A stretch of 64,000 nt of DNA from Epiperipatus broadwayi (GCA_028023455.1 JAQFVV010000008.1:18352001-18416000); one strand, 5' to 3'; numbered from the stretch's first letter, positions 26,660-40,780 are shown. The notes: generated by a model from the letters alone, not told the origin. Numbers and translations: made by a program.

Positions 26660-27336
26660 ATAAGAGTACCAAACTCTCCATATAATAGTGCCACCAAGTG
26701 CAAGCCTTTGTAAGTAATCATTGGTTGCAGGAATCTCCCAGACTAGTTTCTAGTTTGTGACTTTCATCAGTGGTGAGCCTTGAATTTGAGAGCACTGCAC
26801 CTAGATCTTAAGATCTAATGCAATCCTCAGCAGCCACTTTTTACATATTTGGTTAACTTTATAGTAGCTAAAGATGAAAACACCATAATGTTTCCAACTG
26901 AAGCTTATTTGCTTGTATAGTCATATAGATCTGAACTCAGTTCAGCATCTATACATTTTGGTGTCTTTGGTTTTTTAAAAACCACAGTCATCATTATCCT
27001 ATGGGCAGAATAGGTATAAAACCATCAAAACATCACATGATCACCATTTCACATGCTTACACATCTGTTAATAAAAATACAAAACTCTCCATACAATAGA
27101 GCCACCAAGTTCAAGCCTTTGAAAGTAATCAATGGATGAAAGTCACAAGCTAGAAACTAGTCTGGAGATGTTGGATGAGAAGGCATTAGATAGAGATTTT
27201 ATGCACAAACTTTTCTGCTTCCATTGTTACTTACAAAGACTTGCTCTTGGTGGCACTACTCTATGGAGAGTTTGGTACTCTTATTAACAGCATGTCTAAG
27301 CATATGAAAAAGATGATCATGTGATATTTTGATGGT
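26660..27336. mobile_element. Family A hammerhead element: tandem monomer followed by an inverted segment
   Basis: aaactctccata recurs ~412 bp apart; ribozyme on minus at 26735-26776 and partial on plus at 27135-27168; possible 10-bp TSD tttatattta (26650-26659, 27337-27346). Confidence 0.85.
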
Positions 27337-29399
27337 TTTATATTTATTCAATTATTGTCTTTACTAATAAATTGAATTACTACATATATAAATAAACATA
27401 CTTATAATACATATAAGTATATGTTTATTTATGCATACTAACTTCTATGCCAAAAAGTAGTTTAAAATATATAAGTAAAAAGTAAAACAGCCTTCAAATA
27501 GTCATTGCAGGGCCATGACTTTGTAAAAATGCAAAGATGAATCATAAATGCATCACAATCTGAAGAAGTTAAATTCAAATATGATAAGAAATACAGAGAA
27601 TGGGGATGAGTGAGATTATAGTTGTGCTGATAATATTAAATCATGAAATTTTATCAAAAAATATTGAACATTGCAACACTGAATTGGTGAACTGGATGTT
27701 ACCATAGAGCCTTGAATTGTCATACTATAATGATTGAATGGCATAACATTGGATATATGAAATTCACAAGAATAAATGAGAAGGAATTCTGCCTGATCCT
27801 CTGAGAACAGACATAATAAAGCTGGATTTGAATATTTTTAATATGCTGAAGTGCTTTTCCTTCAAATGTCTACTCAATGACCAAAACTTGAACTAAGAGG
27901 AAATTAAGCCTTCTTTAAAAAAAGTCTATATTTTATATCTATTTCCAAATCAAACCATCAAGTTTCAATGCAATAAGAAAGTGAAAAGCATTTGATTAAA
28001 TTGGAATTCATAAAAACATCAAAAATCATCACTGATATTTTACCCAGTGTTAGAGAAAATTCAAAATGATATCTCTGTGTTTGTTACATTGAAGCCTAAA
28101 ATGAAGTGAAGTGCAAGGACAGAAACAGTGAAACCCATCAACAAACACCCTAACGATATACTACTAGTCTTCTAGTTTATGACAGACAATAAAAATAAAT
28201 CCAATAAGCAAAAAGTAGTATTGGGAAACTGTTTAACTGCATGTTGAGTTAAGGTTTTTCTGATTTGTAAGGACTTTGGATATTTGAACTGATCATATCA
28301 AAAGAAACTGCAGAAACACAGCATGAACATCTATAATGGAGCCCAGATGATAAAAAAATAAATCAGTAAGTATTTGAAGGAAGACTTGGTCTCTAACAAG
28401 AAAGAAATATTGATTGAAGCATCAGAGGCAAAGAAATGACAGCTGATGAGAGCTTGAGATACAGTGGTGTAAAAGTTAAGGAGAAAATAAAGAGACCACA
28501 GTCATTTTTTTAAAAAAGATATGAATAAAATTTTGGCTAATAGAAACAATCTAAAAAAACATGAGAATTTAAGTAAATTGTACAACTCTGATATTGAGTT
28601 AGATGAAGAAATGTTGGATTACAGAATGTTGCTATTATGACTGTGTCAGTATATATCAAGTTATTACCAAGGTGAGTCAACATGAAAAATATCAGTATTT
28701 GAAAAACTAATCATGGCATTTTCCATCGCCTACTGTTAAAGATCATTCAACCCATTAAAACTAATACATATGTATTTTATGGTCTCTGTGATCCTGCTCT
28801 TTGCTTTGTTTATTAATTAAAGGATAAATTAATTTTATTGGTATTGCTGAAACAATATTACAAAAAAAGTTATCTAAAAACTGGATATCAAATGTTTGAA
28901 CTGGTGGTAATCTTCTAATACATTATTTTCCATAAATATGCCCGGCTATACATCCATAATTTTTTTCTCGATATTTTCTAAGTTAACAATGAAATTATCC
29001 TCTTTTAAAAATTTACATTACAAAAAAATGTTAAATTTTCTATTATTTACTTTATAATAATAATAATTTTATTTACGACTAACTTTTTCCATGCAGTAAA
29101 TATTTAAGCATCTTCAATAAATAGCCTGATTTATTTTAAAATAAATTTTAACACATACTATATGCATGTATAGGAAATGTTTATGAATAAAATATAAATA
29201 CGCGATTTTTAATGATTACGGTAAAGTGAAGATATTAAAAAATAAATAATAACAGCAAAATTGATTTTAATATTTAAATCAAAGACCTGTTATTTTTATG
29301 TTTCAAGTTATATTTCAGAAATCAAAACTATAATTGAATTGTTTTTTAGTTTTTTGAGATCATGAGAATAGTATACTTTAGTTAAATCTAAGTTAAGTA

Positions 29400-30600
29400 A
29401 TACCCAAATATCTCGCGAAGAAACAAATAAAGAGATTATGTTATACAATAAATTAAAACAAACATTTAATTGCAATAACGTTGTCTATAAATTGCAGTCG
29501 AAACACCACAGGCTTAAATAGGTGAGATTTTAAAGACAAAACTATTACAGAGATGTGCGACGCTAAGATCAAAGTGAGTTAAAGTTAACTATTAAATTTA
29601 GCAGAACACGCTAAAGCAACGATAGCAATTTTTATTTAGTTTTTTTTTTCTGCTTAAAAATTTTAGTATTGTATTATACTAAATAAAAAATAGTTTAACT
29701 GTATTTCCAAGAATTGACTTTCAACGTACGAATCGGCGAAACGCATAAAGCTACAATCAAAGCAACATATCTCAAAATTTTGGATTATATATTATGCGGG
29801 GTACCCCTACGTACTACGCTACACATTTTTAACGTAATGAAAAAAAAGGCTTTTATATTTTTAAAAGTAAATAAATGCATTCAAACTCAAAGTATTTCCA
29901 TAGCTACATCGCATAACAGCTTAAATCAATTGTACCACACGCCTCGAAGTGATTTAATTGATGTTTTGCGCACGAAAAGCGTTAAAATAAAATATTTCCC
30001 CAATAACAGATTCAAATATGTTATACATTACAATAAACTGGTTTTTATTTAGCGATTCGCAGTATGGCTTTAAAGATGAGGAAGAAAAAATGTCAAAGCA
30101 AACGATCTCGATTCAAACTCAAATAAGCTCCGGAAACTCTGTGCATATCAACTAACTAAAGAGTTAACGTACAATATCTAACTTATACTAACATAAAAAC
30201 ATACATGTCTTACAATGAGCAAAACTCAAAAATAGTTTGTAAGAACTATTAAAATAAGAAATTACTCTTTGGACACGTATATCGTAAAAAAAAAAAAAGC
30301 ATAATCGCTTTTTTCGCAAGTGGCGAGCGAACTATCATGTGGCGTATAAAAAAAATACATTCTACAAATATCAAGCCTACCTGATCAATATTAGATGAAG
30401 TTTCCATTCTGTTTTTTAGTAAATCCATTTTAACTTAAATTGCATGTTGATAGTATGAGTTTAATTACAGTATTTTAGTATTAGAAGTAAGAAATATAAT
30501 ATATCTCCAATGACTACGGCACAATTGGAGAGACACATGTAATGACGATTATTGTTTTACTTTCTATATTAGCGCCATCTTCCGCTGACTAAGATTAATT
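29400..30600. promoter_or_regulatory. CpG-retaining island, putative promoter
   Basis: ~36 CpG in 29401-30360 versus ~3 in 24601-25560 (counted by eye); YY1-like GCGCCATCTT at ~30572; palindrome ggggtacccc. Confidence 0.5.
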
Positions 30601-31019
30601 ACAGGATTACCTTTAATCCAGTAAATATTTTGGTTCTACAATTTTTGTAAAAAAAAAAAATATTAATGATATATTTTAATTGAAGTTTATCTTAGTAATA
30701 ATAATCAATTTTTGTATATTACAAAAAAATAAATTTTATTATTAGGAGATCGTGAATTATTTTAGCATACTTATAAATTAATTTATAAGAAATCAATTTT
30801 TCAAGAAAAAATAAATTTGTGGGAAGGATAACTCCACATTTCTCGTACTGATTGATCAGTAATCATTGATCATTACCATCAGAATCTTATGTGATTTAGA
30901 GCAGTGGTAGAATGGCGAATTCAGAAGTTAAATATTTATGTATAGATTCTCAGATGAGTAAAGTAAAACCAACAAAACAGATAAGATACTAGCTTAAACA
31001 AAGTTTTTCTAGTTCTCTT

Positions 31020-31210
31020 ATATCAGTACTGCCACCTTATGTAAGCTTGAATAATTAATAGAAGCCAAATAGCATCTAATGATCAACAGAAGCATCCAGA
31101 TTCAAATCACATGATGAAAATCATAAACTAGAAATTAATCTGAGGACATGAATAAGACAGTACTAGATAGGCATTTATAAAGCATACCATATGGTGTCAG
31201 TTGATTATTT
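31020..31210 (+). mobile_element. Old degenerate family A copy
   Basis: catgatgaaaatcataaactagaaattaatctgagga (ending at 31146) and the downstream actagataggcattttat align to the family A consensus. Confidence 0.65.
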
Positions 31211-33520
31211 AAGCCTATAGTAGAATTACAGAATTGAAATAAGAAAAATAGATTTTCTATATTTTAATAATTAAAATAAAAAATAATTTAACTACTGTGA
31301 TCAGTCTGCATGTTGGGCCTCAAATATTGCACGACTCTTCTAAAAACCAACCATATACGTATATAATATAAGTAAATATATAAATTGTTAAATATACTTA
31401 TGTAAGAGTTGATCAAAATTTACTAATATTAAAAGGTATATTGGTAAAAAAAGGCAATGATTCAATAACTTTAATAAATATTTTAGTTTTTGATCATCTG
31501 TATTAACTTATAAATAATACTATTATAGAATAGTTGCAAAGAAAATAATGAATAATAATTTTAAAATGTTTTAAATCGTGCAAAAATTAAACTGTTAGAA
31601 TTTAATTAATGCTGTTTAAATTTTTGATGTTTTACAGAGATTTTATTTTAAAGACAAGTAATGTGTTGTTAATATCTGATGGATATTATGGAACATCATT
31701 TAAGTTAAAAATTTGTGACTTTGAATTATAGTATAATCAATTTTTATAGTGAATATGTAAGTGCAAGAGACAACTTTTTACATAATGGCATGTAGGATAG
31801 GAGGTTATTAGATTGCAAATAATTTCTATATATTACTATAATTTATATTTTTAAAAATGGCAATAACTCAACACATTAATTTTTTTAAAAACATCTATTT
31901 TAATGTTATAAGAATTTTAGTTGCAAGTAACTGCAATTCACATTTTTCTTGTAAAGTGATCTTCATATTTTTCTTCACAGCCAAGTATTTGCATATTTTA
32001 GAATATAAATCAGTCTAGATGATTTTTTAGGGCAAAATTTGAGAATTGTGTAAAAACACACACACACACTATATATATATAATGCTATGGCTTTATTGCT
32101 CTGGAGTTTATAAGAAGTTTGAGCATCTGAATCAATACTGAAATCTCCAGATCCCAAGTCAGATGCTCTACCAACAGGATAACATATTAGATAAAGATAA
32201 TTGATGACATCTACATCTAGTAATGACTAGTAGTAGTTTTATGGCTCTAGAATAATTATCTGTGAATAACTATTATGAACTAATGGATGTTGTTTAATGT
32301 CAATGAATTAATAATAACTCTTACCTCAGTTCAGGGATCTTTTATACAAATTGAATCCACCAAAGCCATCATAAATTATACTTTATTCTCTTTAATTCAG
32401 ATTTTTGATAATTCGTGAAGAACAGATAATTGGGGAATATTCTTGGAAACATTTAAATTGCTACTGCATCTGGAAAACATTACAATTATTGGATCAATTC
32501 TATATCATTTTATAATTTAATTTTATAGAAAATAATAAATAAATATATTATTTATTCATATATTTTATTTTAGACATATGCATGTGTATCTGCTTTCAAA
32601 AGTCATTCTCAAGCTACAGCAGACTTTCTTTAGATGCTATGAAACTATTTAAATATTTGATTCAGCATATAATAAATATATATTTATATTTTTAAAATAT
32701 AAAAAAAATGATTTTTTTTTTTAAAAGGGAAAAAAAAAACTGCTATCATCTAGTTTAAAGTTCGATTTTTTTATATTTTATTCTTTATTAAACATCAGTT
32801 GATAGCACATATAATTTTCTAAACTTCATAGTCTTTTTGAACATGTTTATCTTTCATGGATTTGAAAATGTTCATTTTCTGTTGATTCACTGTTTTCTAT
32901 TCCTGTTTTATTCTAGGATTCTTCAGAATCTTTGAGTTCATTTTTCCACCATTATCTTATGACTCAATTGTTTTCTCCTACAGTTATTATTGCCATCATT
33001 AAAAAATATGTCCATAAGTATAGTGGGCTTTCTTTACAAATTCCAGTTTTGTCTTTATCTATTATTTAATGTCACTTGTCAGTATAATAGAGATCGTTCA
33101 ATTTTGTTTATGATTTATGAAACCTTCTGATCATCATTCATTCAATATATACGAGAAATAATTATTCAATAAAGTTTTATCATTCTTTTATTGAATTAAA
33201 AATCTGTCATATTGAAGTGTATTTTTGAAAAGAAATGTATACCAAGTTATTTTTTTAAATATGAATAGAAGTCTAGAGAAATAATTAGAAATATCTTTTT
33301 TTATTGAGTCACTTTTCAAAAACTTTATTATTATATTCTTTCAAATGCCAAATTTTTTTCACCATATTTTATCATTCATATTTAAACAAACACATGACTA
33401 GTATATAATTTCATAGCCTCACTTTTTAAAGTCCTATCCAGCTTGTAGGTACACTTTTTAGCTGGTTGTTTTTAATTTTATTTTCTTATAAAAATCAACA
33501 TTATTATAATCTTAAGTATA

Positions 33521-33562
33521 TCCCCAGACTAGTTTCTGGCTTGTGGCCTTCATCAGTGAGGA
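33521..33562 (-). ncRNA. Type I hammerhead ribozyme (family A)
   Basis: TCCTCA CTGATGA AGGC-CACAA-GCCA GAAA CTAG TC TGGGGA; stem I intact, A/A mismatch at the base of stem II. Confidence 0.8.
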
Positions 33563-33665
33563 GCCTTAAAACTGAGTGGAAATACATATAGAGAGTTTTT
33601 CCTGTTTTAATAACAGTTATAAGCAAGCATAAGAAATGGTGATCGTGTGATGTTTGTTGGTTTAA
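33521..33665 (-). mobile_element. Family A fragment with hammerhead and strand switch
   Basis: Ribozyme 33521-33562 followed by an oppositely oriented family A piece (gagagttttt...gatcgtgtgatgttt). Confidence 0.85.
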
Positions 33666-33990
33666 AGATTTGAGTAGTTTTATTACTATTCCATATAATT
33701 CAATGTTGTCAAGGGTATTTCAAAATTCAATAAAAAATTGGTATAGATTCTGTATTTTTATTTTAACTTCAATATAACACAAAGGCAATAAAAATTTCAT
33801 TTAAACATGCATCATAAGATTCTAAAAATATATGAGTTAATATATTCTTTTTAGTGTTAACTTCAATATTATATAATCTATTATTGTAAAAATATATCTT
33901 CGTTTGGTGACATATTAAGTAAATGAAGAATAACAATCTTTTTAAAAATAGATTTTATAGTGAACATGAGTGCAGCTTTTTGGGGGAAAT

Positions 33991-34840
33991 TTCTGAGTCC
34001 AGAGGCAAACTGTTACCCTCTGGATTGCATAAACATATAATAAAAAGAATACTCTGAATAAAATGGAATGGACACAGGTAGTAGAATGAAGTTTAATTAA
34101 TAGAGGGTCAGACTTGAGGGTTATAAATGAATAGTATTTTTGTTATACGTATTCTACATAACCCAATTATATGGGCCTGAAGGCTTACAAAATAATACTG
34201 AATATCTATATGACCTATAATGAGTCCCTGAATTTATTTTGGAATGTTAGGAGGGAAACTTCTCAAAGATATAGGTGAAGGAGAGGATGTTTACGGCCCC
34301 TTTGGACAGCATATCTGCATACTTGGAGATTGACCTCTAGAGTGTCCCCTCCTGGTTCTTCTAGTTGCACTCCTGGGTGTAGTCCATTGTCTCTTTTGAT
34401 TGGTCATCAGCCTCCCACAGGGTGATCCGCACCTCAAGTTATCTTATCCAATCCTTGAGATCAGATAAAGCCATTTACATTCCATTTGTCTGACAATTTT
34501 TAGCCATCAGTTTGCATCATCATCAAAACTGATCAGAAACTAACTTTCCCTACTTCAGTGGCTTTCTTTACTTAACTTAGATTTATCTCTTCGCTACTAC
34601 TGATTGTTTATCAGTATGGCTAATCTTTAGTATAGGATTTACTTTTTTTAATTAATACTACTTAATTAATCTTTAGTACATTTTAATTAATCTATAGTAC
34701 TTTATAATTAATGTGTATGCCTTCCACATACATGCACATATATTTAATTTTACACATATTAATATGTTTTAGTAAAAACTACTTTTATTTATTTTTATTT
34801 TGACTTATGTGTGTATATAAATATACGCACATACTTAACA
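33991..34840 (-). repeat. 3' LTR of the Mag element
   Basis: Aligns to 41815-43097 once the family B insertion is removed. Confidence 0.85.
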
Positions 34841-34854
34841 TACCTCCTCCAAGT

Positions 34855-35300
34855 TCAGAGATTCAAGCATTTTATTTTTTTCTGTTCTCTGAACTTAAAA
34901 CAATCACTAAGGTGAAGGAGGGGGTTTCTTTCCATCTTTGCATGTTGAGAAGATTTTGTTTCAAAATTTGTAGTATTTTCTTGTTCCTGTGTACCTAATG
35001 ACTTGTCCCCAGAAGGAGTGATTTCCATTTCTATTTTCATATTATCATATGGGATTGCATTACTGTAATCATTTTTTAGAAATGGCTGTGGCATTTCTTC
35101 TATACTTTCATCCTTATGCAACTGGTTAATATGTTTATGTAACACTTTTCCATTTGCCATTTGGACAGTCACCACTTGCTTGCTTAAATAGCATACAATT
35201 TCAGCCTTTGTCCAAAGTCTGTCAAGATTATTTTTGATCCATACATGTTCTCTTGGTACAAATTTTACTGTTTGTGACTGTAATCTTCAGATGGTATAAT
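34855..35300 (-). pseudogene. pol: Integrase C-terminal remnant
   Basis: VWIKNNLDRLWTKAEIV...VTVQMANGKVLHKHINQL. Confidence 0.75.
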
Positions 35301-35499
35301 TTTAGCACACTTGATCCACAATATGTACTGGTCAAAACATGTTTATCCATCTAACATGAGCTGGAACTCACAAAATGTACTTCAAACTCAGTCCAACCTG
35401 AGATTTAAATATGGGATCAACCTAAATTTGAACCCATTCCCCAAGGCCCAGATCAAACACCTAGTGGACAACATAACAATAATGGCACATGAGAATTAA

Positions 35500-38290
35500 T
35501 TCTTAAGTCCAGCCCACTAGCATAGCGGAGAAGACAATGAGAATGAGACTCATGGACTTATATATATATCTTAACCAATTTAAATACTAGAGATGTTCCC
35601 ATGATAAATTCTAATATATTTAATTAATAAGGGGCTTTACTAATAAATAGCTATGATCAATTAATGAATTACATTGATTTAACAATGAAACAGAAACTGA
35701 TATATGATGAATTAGTGATATATTTGACAAACATATATATTTTGACATAACCCATTATTTAGCGTAGGAAAATGCACGTAGGCATTTTTATTTACTGACT
35801 AAGCAACGTTAATCTAAGCAATTGTACCACAATAATTGATACATTGGTAAAATAAGCTTGTGGTTATTATTTAATGAAGCCAAATATTATACTGTATAAT
35901 AAATCACTACATTTCACTTATTAGTTATGCCATTTCATAATCAATTCGAGTGGCTATCATACATGTAATCAAACCAAGCTGCAGTGAAATTTAATAATAC
36001 ATCTGATTATGACAAATTTATATATTTAATATGGGCATATAAAGCATCCCAGATAGCTTTAGAGAATAGGTTTTCAAGAATGCTTTGGCACAATGCCAAA
36101 TACTGCATATTAGGGAGGTAGAGTTGGTTATAAAGATTTTACTGATGGGCTATGCAAAGGTAATTATAAAAGTAAAGTTGCTCTGCAGATGGATGAATAG
36201 ATTTTAGGGTTTTCATGACCAACACCAGTTTACCCAATAACCGATCGTCATGCTGATAAACAAGAACTTTGATTTGGTTCATAAGAGGCGGGGGACTTAC
36301 ATGCTAACCTGACCCTTAGATCAGATTTAGCTACTGCACTACCCTAAGAGAGGAATATAGGATGGATTTACCAAGGTTCCATATTAATATATATCAAAAC
36401 AGCAAAATGATAAAATATTGATAAATTTCACATCCGCCAAACCAAAGTATATTATAAATTAAATACCATACCACATGTGAACACTAGTTTATCAGCTTGA
36501 TCATATATAAACTTTACTTTATTCCATTCAATCTCTTCAGTTATCTATAATTAATAAACTCTTAAGGGGGAAAAGTATATTTAAGAGACTTACAAATACT
36601 TTAATAGAAAAAATATATTTATGATTACACTCCAGGCTAGTTTAATTTTTAGTAACATAATAATTAAGGGCTGCAAATCTGGATTTATAAGCCACATTTT
36701 ATATTTACATTAATTAATTAATGACTGACAAAACAACAATGAGCACAAAAGGGTCGCCATTTATTTATAAAATAGGTTTCGAAACAGCACGCAAAATGAT
36801 GCTATAATAAATCATAATATGAAGATTTTAAATAATATCTTAAAAACCAACAACATATTTTGTAACTAAATGCATGCTGTTTTGAAACATACGTATAATT
36901 AATAATAATTAAAATAAGCAAAAGAGAAATAAATATAACTGCAGTGATTAAGTTATATAGCAAAACATTAAGTTAATAAAAAAAATTAGCAAAAGTATGT
37001 CATTTATAGTATTCAAATATTATTTATAAGACAATTTAGACAGAGTTTACATTAATACAGTTAGCTAACCTGTATTTCAAAGAAATAATGATCATTTTGG
37101 ATTTTCAACAGAGCTCTGCAATTTTAATTAATATTAAAATGGTCCTCCTGTAGCTGGACTGAAGATACTTGACCTGGAATGAAGGTGAGTTCTTTTAGCA
37201 GTTTATGGCATCTTCTAAGATGGTATTCCTATAGCGGGACTGGAGTACTTGAAATTGGAACAAAGGTGAGTTCTTTTCAGTGGTTTATGGCATCTTCTAC
37301 TTGTTATAATAAGCTTGTTAGGGCAGCATTGGTTGTTGCTTCAGCCTTGAGTGGATCAAACTTTGACATTCTATCATGGGGAAAGGCAGAAAATTTTTGC
37401 CTTTCTAGCAGGGCATAGCGAAATTAACCATTTACAGCTTCTGATAGTAACAGCTCTTCAAAGAAAAATGGAGTTTTTCGTCCCGCTTAAAATATAGCCT
37501 ATTTATCTATTTCCACCTACCAAGCCTTAACACCTTTTGGAATTTTGTTTGCCTCAGGACCAATTGACTTTTAATTAAAACAAAATCATACAATCTGATT
37601 TTCTTCTATTGATAATGTCTCCGAGGTGTTATATTTCATTTACTTAAAAAATTTAATTAAATATATAAATTATAATTTTGATTCCGATTTCCTTAATTCT
37701 TTTTTTTAGGTGTTTTAAATTTTTAAGACCCTAGCTGATAGTAATGGTCTTCTGACTTAAGGGTAAAGCCTTTTGCTGCAAATAAATTCAATCAGTAAAC
37801 AAGCTTTTACTTTTACCCAATGCAGGTGCGGTCACTAATTGATTTCTTATTTACAACAAAATTCCCATTTTAAATTAAAAACCAATGACTTTTATTTTAA
37901 CTTGATATAAATAACCTTTTAACATATTTTCTTTCCCTACCTTGTTTGCTTCTTTTTTTAAAAAAAAAAAACAAAAAAAAAAAAAACAAATTAGACAGAT
38001 TTAAAAAAAACTTTAGTTCCAGTTATCCCTATAAAACATTAAATCAGAAAACCGTAAACATATTTTAAAGAAAACATTTTATACTATATCTTTTTATTTA
38101 ATCTTAAAGTATATGTACAAATCACTATGCCATCATTCCATGGTTTAAATTATCCATCCACATACGAATATAATAGCAAATATAATTAAGAATTGACTTA
38201 TAAATGAACAAAATATTTTATGATAATTGTGAGGATTTCTACGCTATAATTTTGTCAACCTATCTAACTATAGTGTACTTTCATATGTAA
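35500..38290. other. Unclassified ~2.8-kb sequence interrupting the integrase
   Basis: Lies between the integrase core (>38330) and its C-terminus (<35300); decayed ORF-like stretch at 37140-37640 on minus; boundaries approximate. Confidence 0.5.
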
Positions 38291-38329
38291 ATGAATGATG
38301 CCATTCAGGTGGCCATGATAGAAAATTTT

Positions 38330-40780
38330 ACCACTCAACTTTTATATAACATTTGGATATTTAAAATAGGTTCGAAACAAGTTCAGATGGGCAGATCATT
38401 AGATTAATGGTGAAAGGGAAAGTAGGCTGGGGGGTTTCTGTTTCAACAATCTATGGTGTATTTACCCAATTTAGCTGTCAGTGTAGAATGTTGATAGAAA
38501 AACATATTGAAAAACACTTCCTGCAGTTTTTGTTTCCCATTTTGTTGTTGGCCGACTTCAGCCTTCTCAACCAATCCACTTAATTGGCAGTAGTATGGTG
38601 GAGTGAATATGTGCTTTATTCCTCATTTGTGCATAACATCTGCAAATTTTTCTGACCCAAATCCCATACCATTGTCAGATACTAGGGTTTCTGGAAGGCC
38701 ATGTTATAAAAAAATCTTCATCAATTTGTCAATTGCTTCATCTGAACTCATATTTTTGACTGGTTTATATTCAGACCAGCCTGAGTAGGCATCAACAGCT
38801 ACCAGAAACAATTGTCCTAGATTGGACCACAGTGATCAATTTGCATTCCCTGCCATGGTTTCTTGGCTTCTTTCCAGGACTCACAATTTGGCTGGAGGTG
38901 TATTTGCACATGACTGACAGCTTATACAATTTTTTATAAACATTTTGATGTCATTATTAATTTGTACCAGATATAACTATGGGCTAAAACTTTTGCCCAA
39001 CAATGCCTAGATGACCTTCATGTAATAAATCAAGTATTTGCAATCTGTAATTTCTGGGATTAGGGCTTGATCAACTTTAAGTATGCATCCTTTACAGATG
39101 GACAACTATCATGAGCTTTCCATAGCTCTATGTTGAGGAAAGATGATTGTAGTTTTGGCCAACTGTTACTAATTTTTTTTTGTAATCCATTTGTATCCAG
39201 CACCTTTCTTAGTCTATGTGACTACTGTTGAGTTATTAAGGATATAGCTCTTAAGAGTGTTGATGTAATACTCTTAACTGATCTGGCATTAGCAATAGCA
39301 CATCAGCATGGCCAATTTTCTTGCAACTTTTATATTCGAGTGTTGTAGTCATAACCTGCAAGTATTTTAAGCCATCTCAATATATGAGGGCTTATGTGTT
39401 TCGAAATTTGTTTACTGTCCAGTATTTTAAACAGGGGTTTGTGATATTATTTTGAAATGGCATCCATACAGATATTGGTGGAATTTATGAATTTCAAATA
39501 ATATAGTGTTTCCTTGTCCAGTTGACTGCAATTTTTTTCTGAATTGGGTAAACTGTATGATGTGTATGCTATTGGACATTCAACAGAGTGGGTTGGGAAA
39601 CAAATTACTGCCCCCACACCGAAATCTGATGCATCAGTTGCTAGGGTTAATTCTAGATTGCTGTTATAGTGGACTAGAAGTTTATTTGATATGAGAAGAG
39701 CTTTGGTATGCCAAAATGCTTGTTCTTGTACTGCTTCCCACTTCCATTTTCTGTTTTTTTTTAATAATTCATAAAATGGCCTGCTACATGCACTTTGCCA
39801 TCCAGGAAGTTCTCAAAATAATTCACAAGGCCCAAAAAAGTCTGAAGCAGCTTTACATTGTTTGGTCTTTTAGTTTCGGATACTGCTTTGACTTTCTCAG
39901 GGGAGGGGCTTGCACCCGAGCTTGAGATAATGTGTCCCAGAAGCTTTATATCCCTGGCCTTACATATACATTTTTTCAGGATTTAATTTTGCTCCAAATT
40001 CTTCCATTCTTTGGCACACATTTATAAGACTCCTCAATTTATTTTCTGAAATTGCAGTGGTTAATATGTCATCAAAGAAAGGATGATACCTTCAAGTCTG
40101 TTTAGTAGGGTCTCAATTTTTGATTGGAGTATACTGGATGCTGAGACTATGCCAAGCTACAGTATAGTAAGGGGTAGAAATTTCAGCAGCTTTTTCAGTA
40201 ACTGGGATTTGATGGAAGGCCACATTCAGGTCTAATTTTGCAAAATATTTAGATTTTTGAAATGATATGATCTCCCTGTAATTTGGGATGGGGTATGTCA
40301 GTTCAAATATGCCATTCTCAACTAATTCATTTCTTTCTTTCATCTATTTTTTCTTTCTGAGTGAAAAGGACCTTCCTAGGTTTAAAAATTACAGGCACTG
40401 CCTCTGGTGACTTTCTAATGACACTGGCTTGGCTTTAATTATTCCCAGTTCCTCATCAAAAAGTTTAGGGAAACAGTCTCTAATATATTTTTCATTGTCA
40501 ATTTTTTTGATCATTGAGATTTTTATTCCAAGTTGATTAAACCAATCATGGATTATAAGGGGATCTACAGGGGCATGCACTATATATAATGGCAATTTTA
40601 CTACTTTGCCATTGTTGATAGAAATTGGGGCTTGAGTTACTCCTTTGATTTTTATGGCATTGCCATTGATATCCAGAGCTTTGAGTTTGGTAAGCTTATA
40701 TCAGTCGTGATAGATTTCCAATTTCTCATAGAAACAAATGACACTCTGCTATTACTATCAATTTCCAATAGGAGTTTTCC
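38330..40780 (-). pseudogene. pol: Mag pol (protease, RT, RNase H, integrase)
   Basis: LEIDSNSRVSFVS, YFAKLDLNVAFHQIPV, FFDDILTTA, CQSCA, PWQGMQIDHCGP, LVAVDAYSGWSE, GLPETLVSDNG. Confidence 0.9.

Noticed and set aside
27480-28800. Decayed coding-like region, possibly an L1 ORF1
   Set aside because: Only a weak CKDFG knuckle-like trace; too many stops to assign
32100-32185. tRNA-like GGTAGAGCATCTGACTT on minus
   Set aside because: Only the D-arm and anticodon region is recognisable and there is no intact B-box; too degraded to call
32403-32520. Possible terminal exon FLIIREEQIIGEYSWKHLNC
   Set aside because: No homology I can recognise and no supporting gene structure
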